Assembly: GCF_009914755.1 (NCBI RefSeq) | Contig: NC_060936.1 | Reading direction: 5' to 3' (one strand) | Source of the DNA: the human T2T-CHM13v2.0 reference genome, Homo sapiens | DNA: 64,000 bases | In this document: one piece after another, positions 1 through 13,257 of the stretch | How the letters are laid out: each line of letters opens with the position of its first letter | Position numbering within the stretch: position 1 is the first letter of the stretch | The notes under the pieces: model-generated | What the model saw: the letters and a program-made list of their open reading frames with translations, nothing else | What the model was told of the DNA's origin: nothing | Database searches by the model: none | Translations under genes and position numbers: made by a program

Positions 1-764
1 CGCAGTTAGATACCATCTCATGCCAGTCAGAATGGCAATTATTAAAAAGTCCAGAAACAACAGATGCTGGTGAGGTTGTGGAGAAATAGGAACGTTTTTA
101 CACTGTTGGTGGGAATGTACACTCCACAATAGTCAAACCATTGTAGAAGACACTATGGTAATTCCTCAAAGATCTAGAACCAGAAATACCATTTGACCCA
201 GCAATCCCATCGCTAGGTATATACCCAAAAAATATAAATTATTCTATTACAAAGATAAATGCACAAGTAGGTTCAGCGCAGCACTATTTATAATAGCAAA
301 GACATGGAATCAACCTAAATGCCCATCAATGACAGACTGGATAAAGAAAATGTGGTACATATACAACATGGAATACTATGCAGCCATAAAAAGGAATGAG
401 ATCATGTCATTTGCAGGGACATGGATGGAGCTAGAAGCTATTATTCTTAGCAAACTAATGCAGGAACAGAAAAACCAAACACCACATGTTCTCATTTACA
501 AATGGGAGCTGAACAATGGGAACGCTTGGCCACACAAAGGGTAACAACACACACTGGGGCCTGTTGGGGGTAGGGTGGGGAGAGGGAGAGCATCAGCAAA
601 AATAGCTAACGCATGCTGGGCTTAATACCTGGGTGATGAGTTGATCTGTGCAGCAAACCACAATGGCACACATTTACCTATGTCACAAACCTGCCCATGC
701 TGCATTTTTACCCTGGAACTTAAAATAAAAACAAAAATATAATTTAAAAAAAGAAAAAGAAAAG
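1..764 (+). mobile_element. L1 3' end (older L1PA, approx. L1PA13-16) with A-tail
   Basis: ORF2 C-terminus ([17 protein letters not shown]), G-rich 3'UTR, A-rich tail. Confidence 0.9.
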
Positions 765-1496
765 AGATGCCAGCAGATTTTTCAGTGGACATAATGCAAA
801 AGAAGCAATATCTTTAAAAACAAAAGCAAAATAAAACTGTCAACTGAAAATTCTATACACAGAAAATCTTTTAAAAATAAACATTAAATATGTTTATAGA
901 TGACTGGAGATGATAAGTTTGTGGATAAATATATAAGATGTTTTCTTATTTAATTCTCTTTCAAAGATAATTATTTAATCAAAATAAATGTATTGTGATA
1001 TTGTATATGTAAAATTGAACCACCTTGAAGTTCTTCTAATCCATGTGAAGTGCGATAATCTAACTTGATCGTGATAAGTAAAAGATGCACACTATAAATT
1101 CTAAAGTAACTGCTAAAATTAAGCAAAACAAAGAGTAATCGCAAATAAGCCAACAAAGCAGGTAAAATGGAATTTTTAAAAGATATTTAATTAACCCAAA
1201 GAAAGGCAAAAAGAAAGGAAAAGGGAAACAGAAAACAGATGAAGCAAATAAAATGAATAAGATGATAGCATCAAACCTAACTATAAATAATAATGTTAAA
1301 TTTAAATGGTATAAATGCCCCAAACTAAAAAACAGAAATTGCACAATTGGCTAAGAAATTGAAAACCAGCTTTATGCTGCCTATGAAAAACTTTAGGATT
1401 CTTTTTTTCACTTTGAATATAAAAACACAAATAGACTAGAAGCAAAAGAATGGAAAAAAGTTTACCATGCTAACATCAGTCAAAGAAGGCTACAGT

Positions 1497-1794
1497 GCTA
1501 GGCACAACAGCAGACACGTAATCCCAACAACTCAAGAGGCTGATGTGGGAGAATCATTTGAGGCAAGAAATTCAAGACCAGCCCTAGCAACAGAGTGAGA
1601 CTGCATCTATAGAAAAATTAAAAAAAAAAATTACTTTGGCATGGTGGCACATGCCTGTAGTTCAGTTACTCAGGAGGCTGAGGTGGTAGTATAAGTAAAG
1701 CCTAGAATTTTGCAGCTGCAGTGAACTATAATTTCACCACTGTACTCCAGCCTGGGAAACAGTGTGAGACTCCATCGCTAAATAAATAAATAAA
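1497..1794 (+). mobile_element. AluJ (diverged)
   Basis: Dimeric Alu with middle A-tract and (TAAA)n tail. Confidence 0.85.
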
Positions 1795-3194
1795 TGCTGC
1801 ACTGTTTACATTAGTATCAGAAAATGTAGATTTCAGAGCAAAGAATATTATCAGAGATAAATTTCACTTCACAATGATAATTGGGTTAATTAATCAAGAG
1901 AACATAAGAGTCCTACATGTTAAGCAGCTAAAAACATAGATTAAAATTATGTAAAATAAGATCCAATATTACTGTAAAGAGAATTAGATAAATCCATAAT
2001 TAACATTAGGTATTTCAATTATCCCATTTGATAAAAGGAAAAACAAGTAGATAGAAAATAAGTAGGGATATAGAGTTGAACACTCTCAAGCAACTTTACC
2101 TGATGGACATGGTAGACTATACCACCCCAAAACAGAGGAATATATATTTCTTCAAGTGTACATGAAATATTTAATAATAAAGACCACATGCTATGTCATA
2201 AAACAGATCTTGATACATTTAAATGTATTAAAATAATACAAAGTATGTTGTTTGATGACAGCAAAATTAAATTACAAATTAACAGAAAAACCATTGTCCA
2301 ATGTCCAATGTCCAATATTTGAATACTAACATACTTCTAAATAACTCATGAATCAAAGAATAACTCAAAAAAGAAGTTAGAAAGTATGCTGAACTGAATG
2401 AAATTAAAATAAGAACATACGGGATGCTATTAAAACAGTAATTATGAGAAAATTTATGGCACCAAAGGCCCACAATAGAAAAAAAAGAACAGTCTCCAGT
2501 CAATGACCTTGCCTTCCACCTAAGAAACTAGGGGACAAAAAAGACAAAAGTAAATCTAAAGTAAAAAAAAAAAAGTAATAACAAAAATAAAAGCATACAT
2601 AAATAAAATAACAAACAGAAAAACAGTTAAAAACATCGATGAAAACTAAAGATTAACATTTTATTAATAAAATTTATCATCTGCAAACTATACTGATCAA
2701 AAAAAGATAAAAATAATATGAGAACATAGGTGATAACACTACAGATTTTACAAATATTAAAAGTAAAATAAGAAAATAATAATAACATTTATGCCAATAA
2801 ATTTTACCACTTGGATGAAATGAGAGAATTGTTCAAAAGACAAAAATTACACAGGAGAAATAAAGAGAAAAGTATAGAGCAATATCCCTCACAAACATAG
2901 GTACAAAAAAATCTAAACAAAATTTAGCTATTGAATCCAACAATATTTTAAAAGCATAATACACTTTATCTAAGAGGGGTATATTCCAGGAATGCAGGTC
3001 TCATTTTACATTCTAAAATGAATCAGTTAATCAACCTGAAAATAAGAATTATATGATTATCTCAATAGATTCAGAAAAAGCCAAACATTCATTCCTGATG
3101 AAGGCTCCTAACAAGCTAAAAATAGAAGGGAATGTCACAAATCCAACAAAGAACACCTATGAAAAACTGACCACTAACATTATGCCTAATAGTA

Positions 3195-3637
3195 AAAAAA
3201 AATTGTATGTAACATACCAGACAGTAAATATGTTAGACTTTGCATGCCACATACACATTTTGTTACATATTTGTGTTTCTTTTTGTTTTGCTTTTTTAAA
3301 CCATATATATAATATATTATATATATGGTTTAAATATATATAATATATTATATATGTTTAAATATATATAATATATAACAATATATAATATATTATATAT
3401 GTTTAAATATATATAATATATAACAATATATAATATATTATATATGGTTTAAACATATATAATATATAATTATATATATTACATATAATTATATATTATA
3501 TTAGTACAGACTGCATAAAACAGATAAATATATAATATATTATTAAAGACTGCATAAAAAAGATAGAACATAAAAATATAGAAAAACAGACCATAGGACA
3601 GATTTGGCCTCTGGGCCACACTGTGCTGATTGCTACT
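3195..3637 (+). mobile_element. MER58C-like hAT-Charlie MITE interrupted by an AT-rich expansion
   Basis: 5' part ccagacagtaaatatgttagactttgc; 3' part aaaacag...gatttggcctctgggcca. Confidence 0.65.
3302..3560. repeat. AT-rich tandem/low-complexity repeat
   Basis: Repeated atatatataatatattatatat(g)gtttaa units. Confidence 0.9.
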
Positions 3638-3944
3638 GTATAGAAAATCCACTGGAATCTACCAAAACTCATCTAAAACAAATAAGTTTAGCAATCTTTT
3701 AGGATACAAAATTAGTATACAAAAATTAATTACATGTCTGTATACTAACACTTAACCAGAAATTGAATGAAAATAACATCATTTATAATAGCATCAAAAA
3801 ATATAAATTATCTAGGAATAGATCTGGCAAAAGAAAGAGACATGTACTGAAAACTACATAATATCATGAGAGAAACTAACAAAGACACAATAGCGACATA
3901 TATGTTGTTCAGTTGTTCATGAGTTAGAAGACTCAGCATTGTTG

Positions 3945-3980
<36 letters not shown>

Positions 3981-4423
3981 AATTGATCTATGAATTCAAG
4001 ACAATCCCAGTAAAAATTCCACCAGGATTTTATTGTATAAATTGACAAGTTGATCAGAAAATTCATGTGGAAGTGCAAAAATTTTGAATAACCAAAACAA
4101 CTTGAAATAGAATAAATTTAAAGGACTAATACTATTGTTTTCAAGTGCTAATAATATGGTTTTCAAAAGTTATTAAAACTGTAAAATATTCCCAACATTG
4201 TGGTATTTGCATAAAGTTAGACAAATAGATTAGTGAAATAGAATACAGAGATCAGAAATAGACTCACACATTGTTGACCACATTATTTTCAACTAATTTT
4301 TCAGAAATGCACAAAGGTATTTCAGTGGAAAAAAAATTAATAAATCATACTGGAACAATTAGTTATCCATAAAGTAACCTGGATCTATACAACTACAAAA
4401 ATTAACTCAAAATGGATCGTTGA

Positions 4424-6483
4424 TGTATTTGTTCATTTTCACACTGCTATAAAGAAATACCCAAGACTGGGTCATTTATAAAGGAAATAGGTTTAATTGA
4501 CTACAGTTCCACATAGCTAGGGAGGCCTCAGAAACTTACAATGATGGCATAAGGCAAAGGGGAAACAAGCACCTTCTTCACAGTGCAGCAAGAGAAAGAA
4601 AAGGAGGAACTTCAAAACATCTTTAAAACCATCAGATCTCATGAGAACTCACTCACTATCATGAGAACAGCATGGGGGAAACTGCCCCCATGATCCAATC
4701 ACCTCCCTCTCTCAACATGTGGAGATTATAGTTCCCTCCCTCAACACATAAGAATTACAATTCGAGATAAGGTTTGGGTGGGGACACAGAGCCAAACCCT
4801 ATCATTCTGCCCCAGCCCATCCAAATCTCTTGTCTTTTTACATTTCCCAACCAATCATGCCTACGCAACAGTCCCCCAAAATTTTAAATGATTTCAGCAT
4901 TAACTCAAAGTCCATAATCCAAAGTCTCATCTGAGAAAAGGCAAGTCCCTTCTGCCTATAAGCCTGTAAAATCAAAAACAAGTTAGTTCCTTCCTAGATA
5001 CAATGGGGATACAGGCATTGGGTAAATGCTCCCATTCCAAATGAGAGAAATTGGCCAAAACAAAGGGGCTATAGGCCCTGCACAAGTCCAAAATCCAGTG
5101 GGGCAGTCATTAAATCTTAAATCTCTGAAATAATCTCCTTTGGCGCCATGTCTCATATCGGGGGCATGCTGATGGGAGAGGTGGGTTCCCATGGCCTTAG
5201 GCAGCTCCTTCACAGGCTGATATTGAGAGCTTGTGGCTTTTCCTGGTGCATGGTGCAAGTTGTCATTTGATCTACCATTCTGAGGTCTGGAGAATGGTGG
5301 CCCTGTTCTCACAGCTCCACTAGGCAGTGTGCCAGTGGGGACTCTGTGTGGAGTCTCCAACCCCACCTTTTCTTTCCACACTGCCCTAGTAGAGGTTCTC
5401 CATGAGGGCTCTGCCCCTGTAGCAGACTTCTGCCTAGATATCCAGGCATTTCCATATGTCCTCTGAAATCTAGGTGGAGGTTTCCAATCTTCAGTTCTTG
5501 ACTTCTGTGTACCCACAGGCCCAACACTGTTGCAGTCTTTCTTCCCCTTAGCTCAGATAAGTCTGAGGTCTTGTCTCACAACCAGGAAGAATTTCCAGTG
5601 TGCAGACACTGGAAAGTGAGTGGAGTAGAATTAATTAAGCAAAAGAGAAACTCTCAACAAAGAGAAATGTGGCAGGAAGGGGATGGTTCCCCTACCCAAA
5701 GACTGGAAAGTACCTCTTTGTGGCTGGGACTGGGGCTCTTTATGGACTCAGAATGAAGAGTGTGTGCTGATTGGTCTGTTGGTATGCCAAAAAAAATAAA
5801 TAAATAAAAAGTTAAAGTGAAGACACCATTCAAAGCTGGCCACAACAGTGTAGAAAACTAATTAGGAAAGGGTAGGTATATGTAAAATAGGTGAAGGGTG
5901 GGTATCAATCAGAGGAGAGTGCACCAAACAAGAAAACAAGTTCTCAATCCAGTACAAAGATTTAACTTGTAGCTTGGCTTTCAGGTTTTAAACTGTCTTT
6001 GGCTTGAAGGTGGGGTTTCACCAGGAACCCAACCCTATCTGCCTAGGCATCTGGCTGCCTCCTGCCACTCTCAACACCATATGGAAGTCACCAAGGCTTG
6101 GGGCTTGCACCCTCTGAAGCAACAGCCCAAGCTGTACCTCAGCCTGTTTTAGCTGAGGAAAGAGATGTAATTGACTCATGGTTCCACGTGACTGGGGAGG
6201 CCTCAGGAAACTTACAATCATGACAGAAGGTGAAGGGGAAGCCAGAACCTTCCTTACAGTGCAGCAGGAGAGATAAGAGAGAAGGAGGAACTTCTAAACA
6301 CTTTTGAAACCATCAGATCTCAGTAGAACTCACTCACTATCATAAGAACAGCATGAGGGAAACCACCCCCATAATCCAATCACCTCCCTCCCTAAACTTG
6401 GGGCTTACAGGTTCCTCCCTCAACACATGGGAATTACAATTCAAGATGAGATTTGGGTGGGGACACAGAGCCAAACCATATCA
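4424..6483 (-). mobile_element. MaLR (THE1D/MSTA-type) element: LTR 4424-4804, partial internal, truncated LTR ~6155-6483
   Basis: Both LTRs end gagccaaacc(c/a)tatca; internal ORF 4983-5516 is MaLR-int-like; degenerate TSD gttga/ataga. Confidence 0.9.
5528..6073 (-). mobile_element. ERV1 solo LTR (LTR27/28-like)
   Basis: TG...CA ends and 4-bp TSD ACAC (5524-5527, 6074-6077). Minus start TGAGAGTGGCAGGAGGCAGCCAGATGCCTAGGCAGATAGGG. Confidence 0.8.
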
Positions 6484-7690
6484 ATAGACCTAAATGTAAA
6501 ACCTACAACTATAAAAACTTTAGAAGAAAAGATGAACAAAAACCTCTACGACCTTTAGATAGCCAAAGATTTTTAAACTACCACATTAAAACAATGATAT
6601 ATAAATTTAATGTCATTAAAATTAAAAATAACTACTATTCAAAGACACTGTTAAGAGAATGAAAAGACAAGCCACCTGGAAGAAAGTCTGTAAACAACAA
6701 TAATAACAGCAACAATTATCAAATAAAGGATGTACCCTGGAATATAGGAAGAACTCTCACAACTCAATATAAAGAAAACTTAAAACTCAATTTTAATTTT
6801 TTTTAAATACAAAGAAGATATGTAGGTAACAAATACACACATTAAAATGCTCATCATCATTCGTCATTTAAAAAATACAAATTAAGGTCACAATAAATAC
6901 CACTACACCATTATTAGAATGGCTAGAGAGTGACCATGCCAAATGCTGGGGACAATGTGAGGGCCATGGTATTCTCATGCACTGTTAGATCTGTGTCCCT
7001 ATAATGATGTATGTATGAATGCTTTCAACATTCATAGCAACCCTATTGGTAGTGACCAAAAACTTGACCAACCCAAATGCCCATCAATGGAAGAATATGT
7101 AACTAAATTGTGGCATATTCTTTAATGGAATACTACTCATGTTGTTATGTTTTTATTTGTGTACTCTAAGTTAAAGTAACACATTTTTAAATCTTTCACA
7201 GATAGAAGATAAAGAGGCTTTGAAAAATTTATGACTTATACTATTAAAAATCAGGCGTAATAGCTGTCAAGTCGTACATCATCAAATAGAACTAGATAAG
7301 GACTATGATATTATACTTTAAAATTAAAACATAAAACACATGTTTATGTTCATACTTAAATATTACTTATTTCATGTACAAAATGAAGAAATAATCATAC
7401 TATCTATGACAAAAACTTTGCAACTATCACATGCATAATTACACTGGGTTCACATCTCATTATTCTTCTATAGAATATTCAAGAATAGAACTTCCACGTG
7501 ATTCATCCTGTAAGGAATTGTTTTAATAGCTTATTTTAACAAAAGAAATGAAAATAAAATTGAGACATTATTATTTTTCATTTTCAACATTTATGACTTA
7601 ATAAATGACTAAAACAACTTGCATACATGCATGAACAAAATTGGAGAAATTAACAGCCATTTGGCTAATCAATGTTTCTCTTTTTTACAG

Positions 7691-7779
7691 AGGAAATTTT
7701 GCAAATATGCCTCCTTACGTAAGAGGAGAATCTTGCTCTCTCTGCTCAAAAGAAGAGAAATGTGTAAAGAACCTCTGCA
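7691..7779 (+). CDS. GLIPR1L1: GLIPR1-like 1 internal coding exon (CAP hinge region GNFANMPPYVRGESCSLCSKEEKCVKNLC)
   Basis: Acceptor ttttttacag ends at 7690; donor A|GTAAGC at 7780. The 89-nt exon translates to the GN...PY..G..CS.C....C..NLC hinge motif of GLIPR/CRISP proteins and matches recalled GLIPR1L1. Confidence 0.95.
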
Positions 7780-8281
7780 GTAAGCAAAAATATATATATA
7801 TAATTACATTTAGAGAGTAAAGTTTCCATATATTTATTAAATTTTAAAATTTGGCTTCTCAAGTTTACAAACTATGGACAAGATTTGACTGTTGTTATCT
7901 TACGATATAAATCATGTCATAAATTGTAATACTTAAACTCAGATGATTCCTGCTTTCTTCACTGATTACTCCCCCTCTGAAGCTAAAGAGCAGAAAGGAA
8001 TGAGGTACAACCATGATTCAATTTGCTGCTGCACTGAAAATAACTATGGGTTGAAATGCTTCTTATTTTTACTCGCTTTCATTGACCTCTTGTTATTAGT
8101 TATTAGAATAGTGACCCATTCAGAAGTAATTTGTCAGTCAATGTCCAAAGTAATTATGATTTAAAACTAACATGTTTCTCTTTCATGATCAGCTTTTTGG
8201 TTCTCAAAATAAATATGCTTTTTAAGACTAAAAGTATAAATTTTGGGCAGTGAGGCCAGAGGAAAAAAAAATGGAGCCATG

Positions 8282-11200
8282 TGTCAACAAAATATCAAAC
8301 TCTGTAAAACATTTGAAGAGATTTATTCTGAGCAAACATGAGTGACCAATGGCCTGTGAGACAGCCCTCAGGAGACCCTGAGAACATGTGTCCAAGGTGG
8401 TCAGCCTACAACTTGTTTTTTACATTTTAAGGAGACTAAGACATCAATCAATACATGCAAGATGTACATTAGTTCTGTCCAGAAAGGCAAGACAACTGGA
8501 AGTAGGGCTTGCAAGTCAAAAGTCAAAGGCAGATTCAAAGATGTTCTGATTGGCAATTGGTTGAGTTAAGTAATTGTCTAAAGGCTTACGATCAATAGAA
8601 AGGAATACCTCGGTTAAGATAAGGGGTTGTGGAGACCAAGGGTTTATTAAGTAGATGAAACCTCAAGATATCAGGCTTCTGAGAGACTAGATTGTAAATG
8701 TTTCTTATCAGATTGAAAGAGTCTCTTCTATTAGACTTAAGATCTGTATTGGTGTTAATGCTGGTCAGCTTTTTCTGAATTCCAAAAGGGAGGAAGGTAT
8801 AATGAGACATGTCTGACCTCCCCTTTCCCATCATGGCCTGAACTAGTTTTCAGGTTAACTTTGGAATGCACCTTGCCAAAAGTAGAGGTCCATTCAGATG
8901 GTTGGGGGGCTTAGAATTTTAGTTTTGGTTTACATTCTCCCCCTTCTGGCCAACATTTGCCATAGGCAAGATCAATGGCCAGTAAACATTTACTTTATCG
9001 CATAGTGTTGTCAGGGTGGCATGGCTGCCTGCCCCAGGTTCATCCTGTCCCTCAGTGGAACCCCTATTGCCAAGGGACCTAGATCCAAAAACTTATAGCC
9101 AATTTAAATGTTCCAGCCCAGATGGGAATGGACATAGACAGGCATTCATTAACTGTTAAATTTTTTTAAGTAATATAAAAGCCAACAAACAAAAACACAA
9201 AGGTGAAGATACAAAATTAACTTATCTTTAACTTCTATACATTGAGCTGCTGTAATCTTGGTTTTAGTTACAGACTTATAGCAATTAGCTACACAGAACA
9301 TAAGCATTATTAAAACCTTTTAAGCTAAGGAATTTAGAGCTTTTTGTTGTGCCACATTTCTTTTTGTTGTCTTTAGTAATGTGTCCCAAGGTGTCTGATA
9401 AAAATTTTTAATATATAATTATCTTCATAAATCTCATAACTGGGAGTACCCAGGAGGCTTTGTCATGGGTATCTTTATATTCTTTCAGTAATAATTTGTT
9501 TTTAATTCTACAGGAATCAGCAAATTATTTATGGTTAGAATGGATTAAAAGGTGCCACATAACAGCTCAGAAGGCAAAGTCCCTGTTTTACCAGCTGTTT
9601 AGGCATCTGTGTACCCATCCTTCATTGAGAGGATCTGAACTAATTATATCCCTCAAAACCAGCCCTTGTAATCTCATGCAACCACCTCTTGCACAATAGT
9701 CCCTGGGCCTAGAGGGAAGGTGCTTGTATAGTTTTAGCAACAGAGCATATGCAATGAAAAGCAGATCAGGCTCAATGGGATTCCAAATGAGGAACATCTG
9801 TAGGTTTTGTCAAATCATCTGTTGTCTTCAGAATGCCATGATTCTGGTTTTCCTGGAAGAAGTAAAACCATGAGCAATAAATCACATTAATAATTTGACA
9901 ATTAAAAAAGAATGTGTGTGTTAGAACAGAAAAAGGAAAGTATTCATTAGAACAGAAAAAGGAAACTATTCCACTAGGGCACTAACTAAAAACATAAAAA
10001 ATTATAACCTGATACTCTTTAGAGGATTACTGTAGCCAAGAGATAATTCATAATTCCTTTTACCTTCTTTTGCATATAACTTTTAAATAACCTTTGAATG
10101 AAACAAACATTATTTACCTTTCAATAAGAATACATTTTTAAAAAAATGTTTTCCTATCATTTTTTAAGTTGGATGTTGCCCAGAGAGTTAATGAATATAC
10201 ATTGTTAAATATAACTTTAGATTCAAACAAACTTTAGACAAGTTTTTTACAAACATTTATTCTATTACATTTACCTCATTATTTAATAGTTCACCTACAG
10301 TATTTATAAAAACTGTGATAGTCATCATTTAAAATTATTTCCCTGTTAACCATTTTTATACCCTATGAATTGTGGGTGTTTACTCAAGAAATAAACTTAA
10401 GGCTAACTATATGAGTATTTTACCAATAATTCAGTATGTAGCTGTTTTCATTAAACCAACAATACCAAATGTCTTATTTAGCAAAAATTACACAAGCAAA
10501 GATCATTCTGTTTTGGGCTGGCTTTATAGTTTTATAACCCTTATGCAAAATTTTGACACCTTATAATATTTGCCAGGGATAAATATGAATCCACTTGATC
10601 AATAAACAAAGAAAAATGCTACAATTCTAATTCTAATGTTACTTTACAAAGAATTTTAAAGCCAGTTTATTTATTAAAGATTTTATTTAAGTCATGTGAA
10701 CTTGAAAAGCATGTGGGCTTATTATTTTACTTAATTTATGACTACTCTTAACTTTAAGCCAGTTTGGTACCTTGTGGCCACAATCCATAACAAAATACAT
10801 AAACACATACATACACACTCATAGAAAGATCCCATTTTTTATTTCAGAACTTAAGCCATAAGATATTAATACAAACTCACTGGTTTACAGAAAGGAAGAA
10901 GATTGGATCTAAACAGTGGGTTTTGTCTCAGTAGAAAAGTAACAGCAGATTTAAAGCAGGCAGAAAAGAAAATAGAGAAGTAGAGAACTTAGGAACTCTT
11001 GAGTTGCAGATTGACCTTTGGGCTATGAATTTTTCTTTGATGTAATTTGCCTATTAGCTTAAAATGTGCAAAACAGACCATAATATGTAACTAGTTTGGG
11101 TACTAGTAAACTTGGCATGCCCTCAAACTTTTTCATTTTGCACAAACACTTGCAAAGAGAGGCACCCTAAAACTAACACGGCACCTCAAAGTGGATCATT

Positions 11201-11857
11201 CTTGTCTTTCCTCTTTTTCAGATTGTTGCCTACTTTTTTTTTTTTCTTAAAAGGAGGAATGGAGCTGTGGCCTAGGGTTTTTTTGTGTTGCAGATCAATG
11301 TGTGCTGATTTTGGGTGAGACTGCAGTGTTTTACCAATGAGTCATTTCCACGCTCTTATGTGTCTCAGTTTCTCTCTTCAGAGGTCTATCACCTCTGAGA
11401 GGGCTAAAAATGCCAAGTGAACAGCTCTATATGCATTTCTTGAATGAGTCTTTTAAAACTAATTTTGTTGAGGGTTCCCTGTAGGGCCACTGCATGTCAA
11501 AAGGGGTTAACCACCCAGACATTCCCACTCAGTCCCCAGTCACCCAAGGGACAGCTTGCAGCTTGCAGTAACAAAATGTCCTTTCTCTTCAGAGCTGAGG
11601 AGGTAAGTCTCTCATTTATCTCTAAAAATGACAGTTTAAGTTTCTCACAAAAATGCACAGACAAGCCAACTGAGATTAATTTGGGGAGAAAACGTAATGG
11701 AGAAGACACTTTAGAATACACCTCCAAAGTGGAAACCAAATAGGGTACCCAAAAGGCGGGGGGTTCTCCTTGGCTTTAGAAAATGGCAGTGCAGAAGATC
11801 CTTTAGAATGTACCTCTAAACTAGAATTAGGATCCTAAACAACAACTTCCTAGGAGG
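8282..11857 (-). mobile_element. MER4-family ERV1 remnant: 3' LTR 8282-8934 plus internal sequence; 5' LTR missing
   Basis: LTR begins TGTAAACCAAAA on the minus strand; polypurine tract (plus ttctcccccttc) at 8935. Confidence 0.85.
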
Positions 11858-11880
11858 AAAAAAAAAAAAAAAAAAAAAAG

Positions 11881-12128
11881 AACTTTTTGACTCTTTCGTA
11901 GTAACACTTAGCTTAAAACACAAACATATTGTATAACTATACCAAAGTATTTTATTTCTTTATGTCCGTCTATAAGCTTGTTTCCACTTACAATTTTTAT
12001 TTTACTGTTTAAACTTTTTGTTAAAAATTGAAATACGAATACACACATTAGCCTAGGCCTACACAGGGTCAGAGTCATCAATATAACCACCTTCCATCTC
12101 CACGTCGTGTACCACAGGAAGGTCTTGC
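11881..12128. mobile_element. Tigger3/MER7 DNA transposon fragment
   Basis: taacacttagcttaaaacacaaac ... acacacattagcctaggcctacacagggtcag. Confidence 0.8.
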
Positions 12129-12561
12129 ACATCAAATTATATTCTTTTTTGTAATATATTTGTAGTTATTATAAATATTTTAGAATTTTATTTGATAATT
12201 GATTTTATTGCCTTAAAAAATTTAAATGCTTTTGTATATTAGTCTATTAACACTTTTACCAAACTCTCTTATTATTTCTGACAGTTTATTGATTTTCTTG
12301 GATTTTATATGATGACAAATCATGTCTTCCGTTAAAAATAATGCGTTTTGTTCTTTCTTCTAATCTTTATATTATTTATTTCACAAATATTAACAGATAG
12401 TTCATTCATTTCTCCAGTGCAATGTTGAGCATAAGCTGTAACAATAGACACACCCTTCTATTATTCTTAAATTTAAAGACAATGTTTCACCATTGTGTAT
12501 GTTTGTTTTAGATTATTTTCATTGGTCCTCATAGCCAGGTTATAAAAGTTTTCTCTTTTCC

Positions 12562-13257
12562 TTATTTTGCTGAGTTTTTAATTTGAATAAATGTTAACTT
12601 TAACAATTTTTTCCTGCATCTCTTGAAATAATGCTATTTCTTTCCTTTTAATGTCTTAATATTGTAAACTGTATCAAACGGTTTCTAATATAACACAGCT
12701 ACACTGTAAAATTTCAAAAGGTAGCAGGAGTTAAGTGATGCCCCAGTAATACAATATTACATTATTCTTTCATTCTTGTGATAAATCCAATTTGGTCATG
12801 AGGTTTCCTTAAGAGATGGCTAGATTCTTTTTAACTTTTTATTTACAATTTTTTGCATTTATTTTTAGAATTGTGCTTGGCCATATAATTTTCCTCCTGC
12901 ATTTTTCATTATTTTGCTGAGTTTTTAATTTGAATACATGTTAACTTTAACAATTTTTTCCTGCATCTCTTGAACTAATGCTACTTCTTTTCTTTTAGTG
13001 TCTTAATGTTGCAAACTGTATCAAAGGGTTTCTAATATAACACAGCTACACTGTAAAATTTCGAAAGGTACCAGGAGTTAAGTGATGCCCCAGTAATACA
13101 ATATTACGTTATTCTTTCATTCTTGTGATAAATCCAATTTGGTCATGAGGTTTCCTTAAGAGATGGCTAGATCCTTGTTAACTTTTTTTATTTACAAATT
13201 TTTGCATTTATTTTTAGAATTGTGCTTGGCCATATAATTTTCCTCCTGCATTTTTCC
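12562..13257. repeat. Direct tandem duplication, 2 x ~347 bp, inside an old L1ME-like fragment
   Basis: Copies start ttattttgctgag at 12562 and 12909; about 15 differences counted by eye. Confidence 0.95.

Larger units (their letters stand above)
765..7140 (+). mobile_element. Old L1M element (ORF2 remnants) fragmented by later insertions
   Basis: A-rich degenerate ORF2 (e.g. MIISIDSEKA at 3053); resumes colinearly after each insertion. Confidence 0.8.

Noticed and set aside
4983-5516. 177-aa minus-strand ORF
   Set aside because: MaLR internal sequence, not a host gene.
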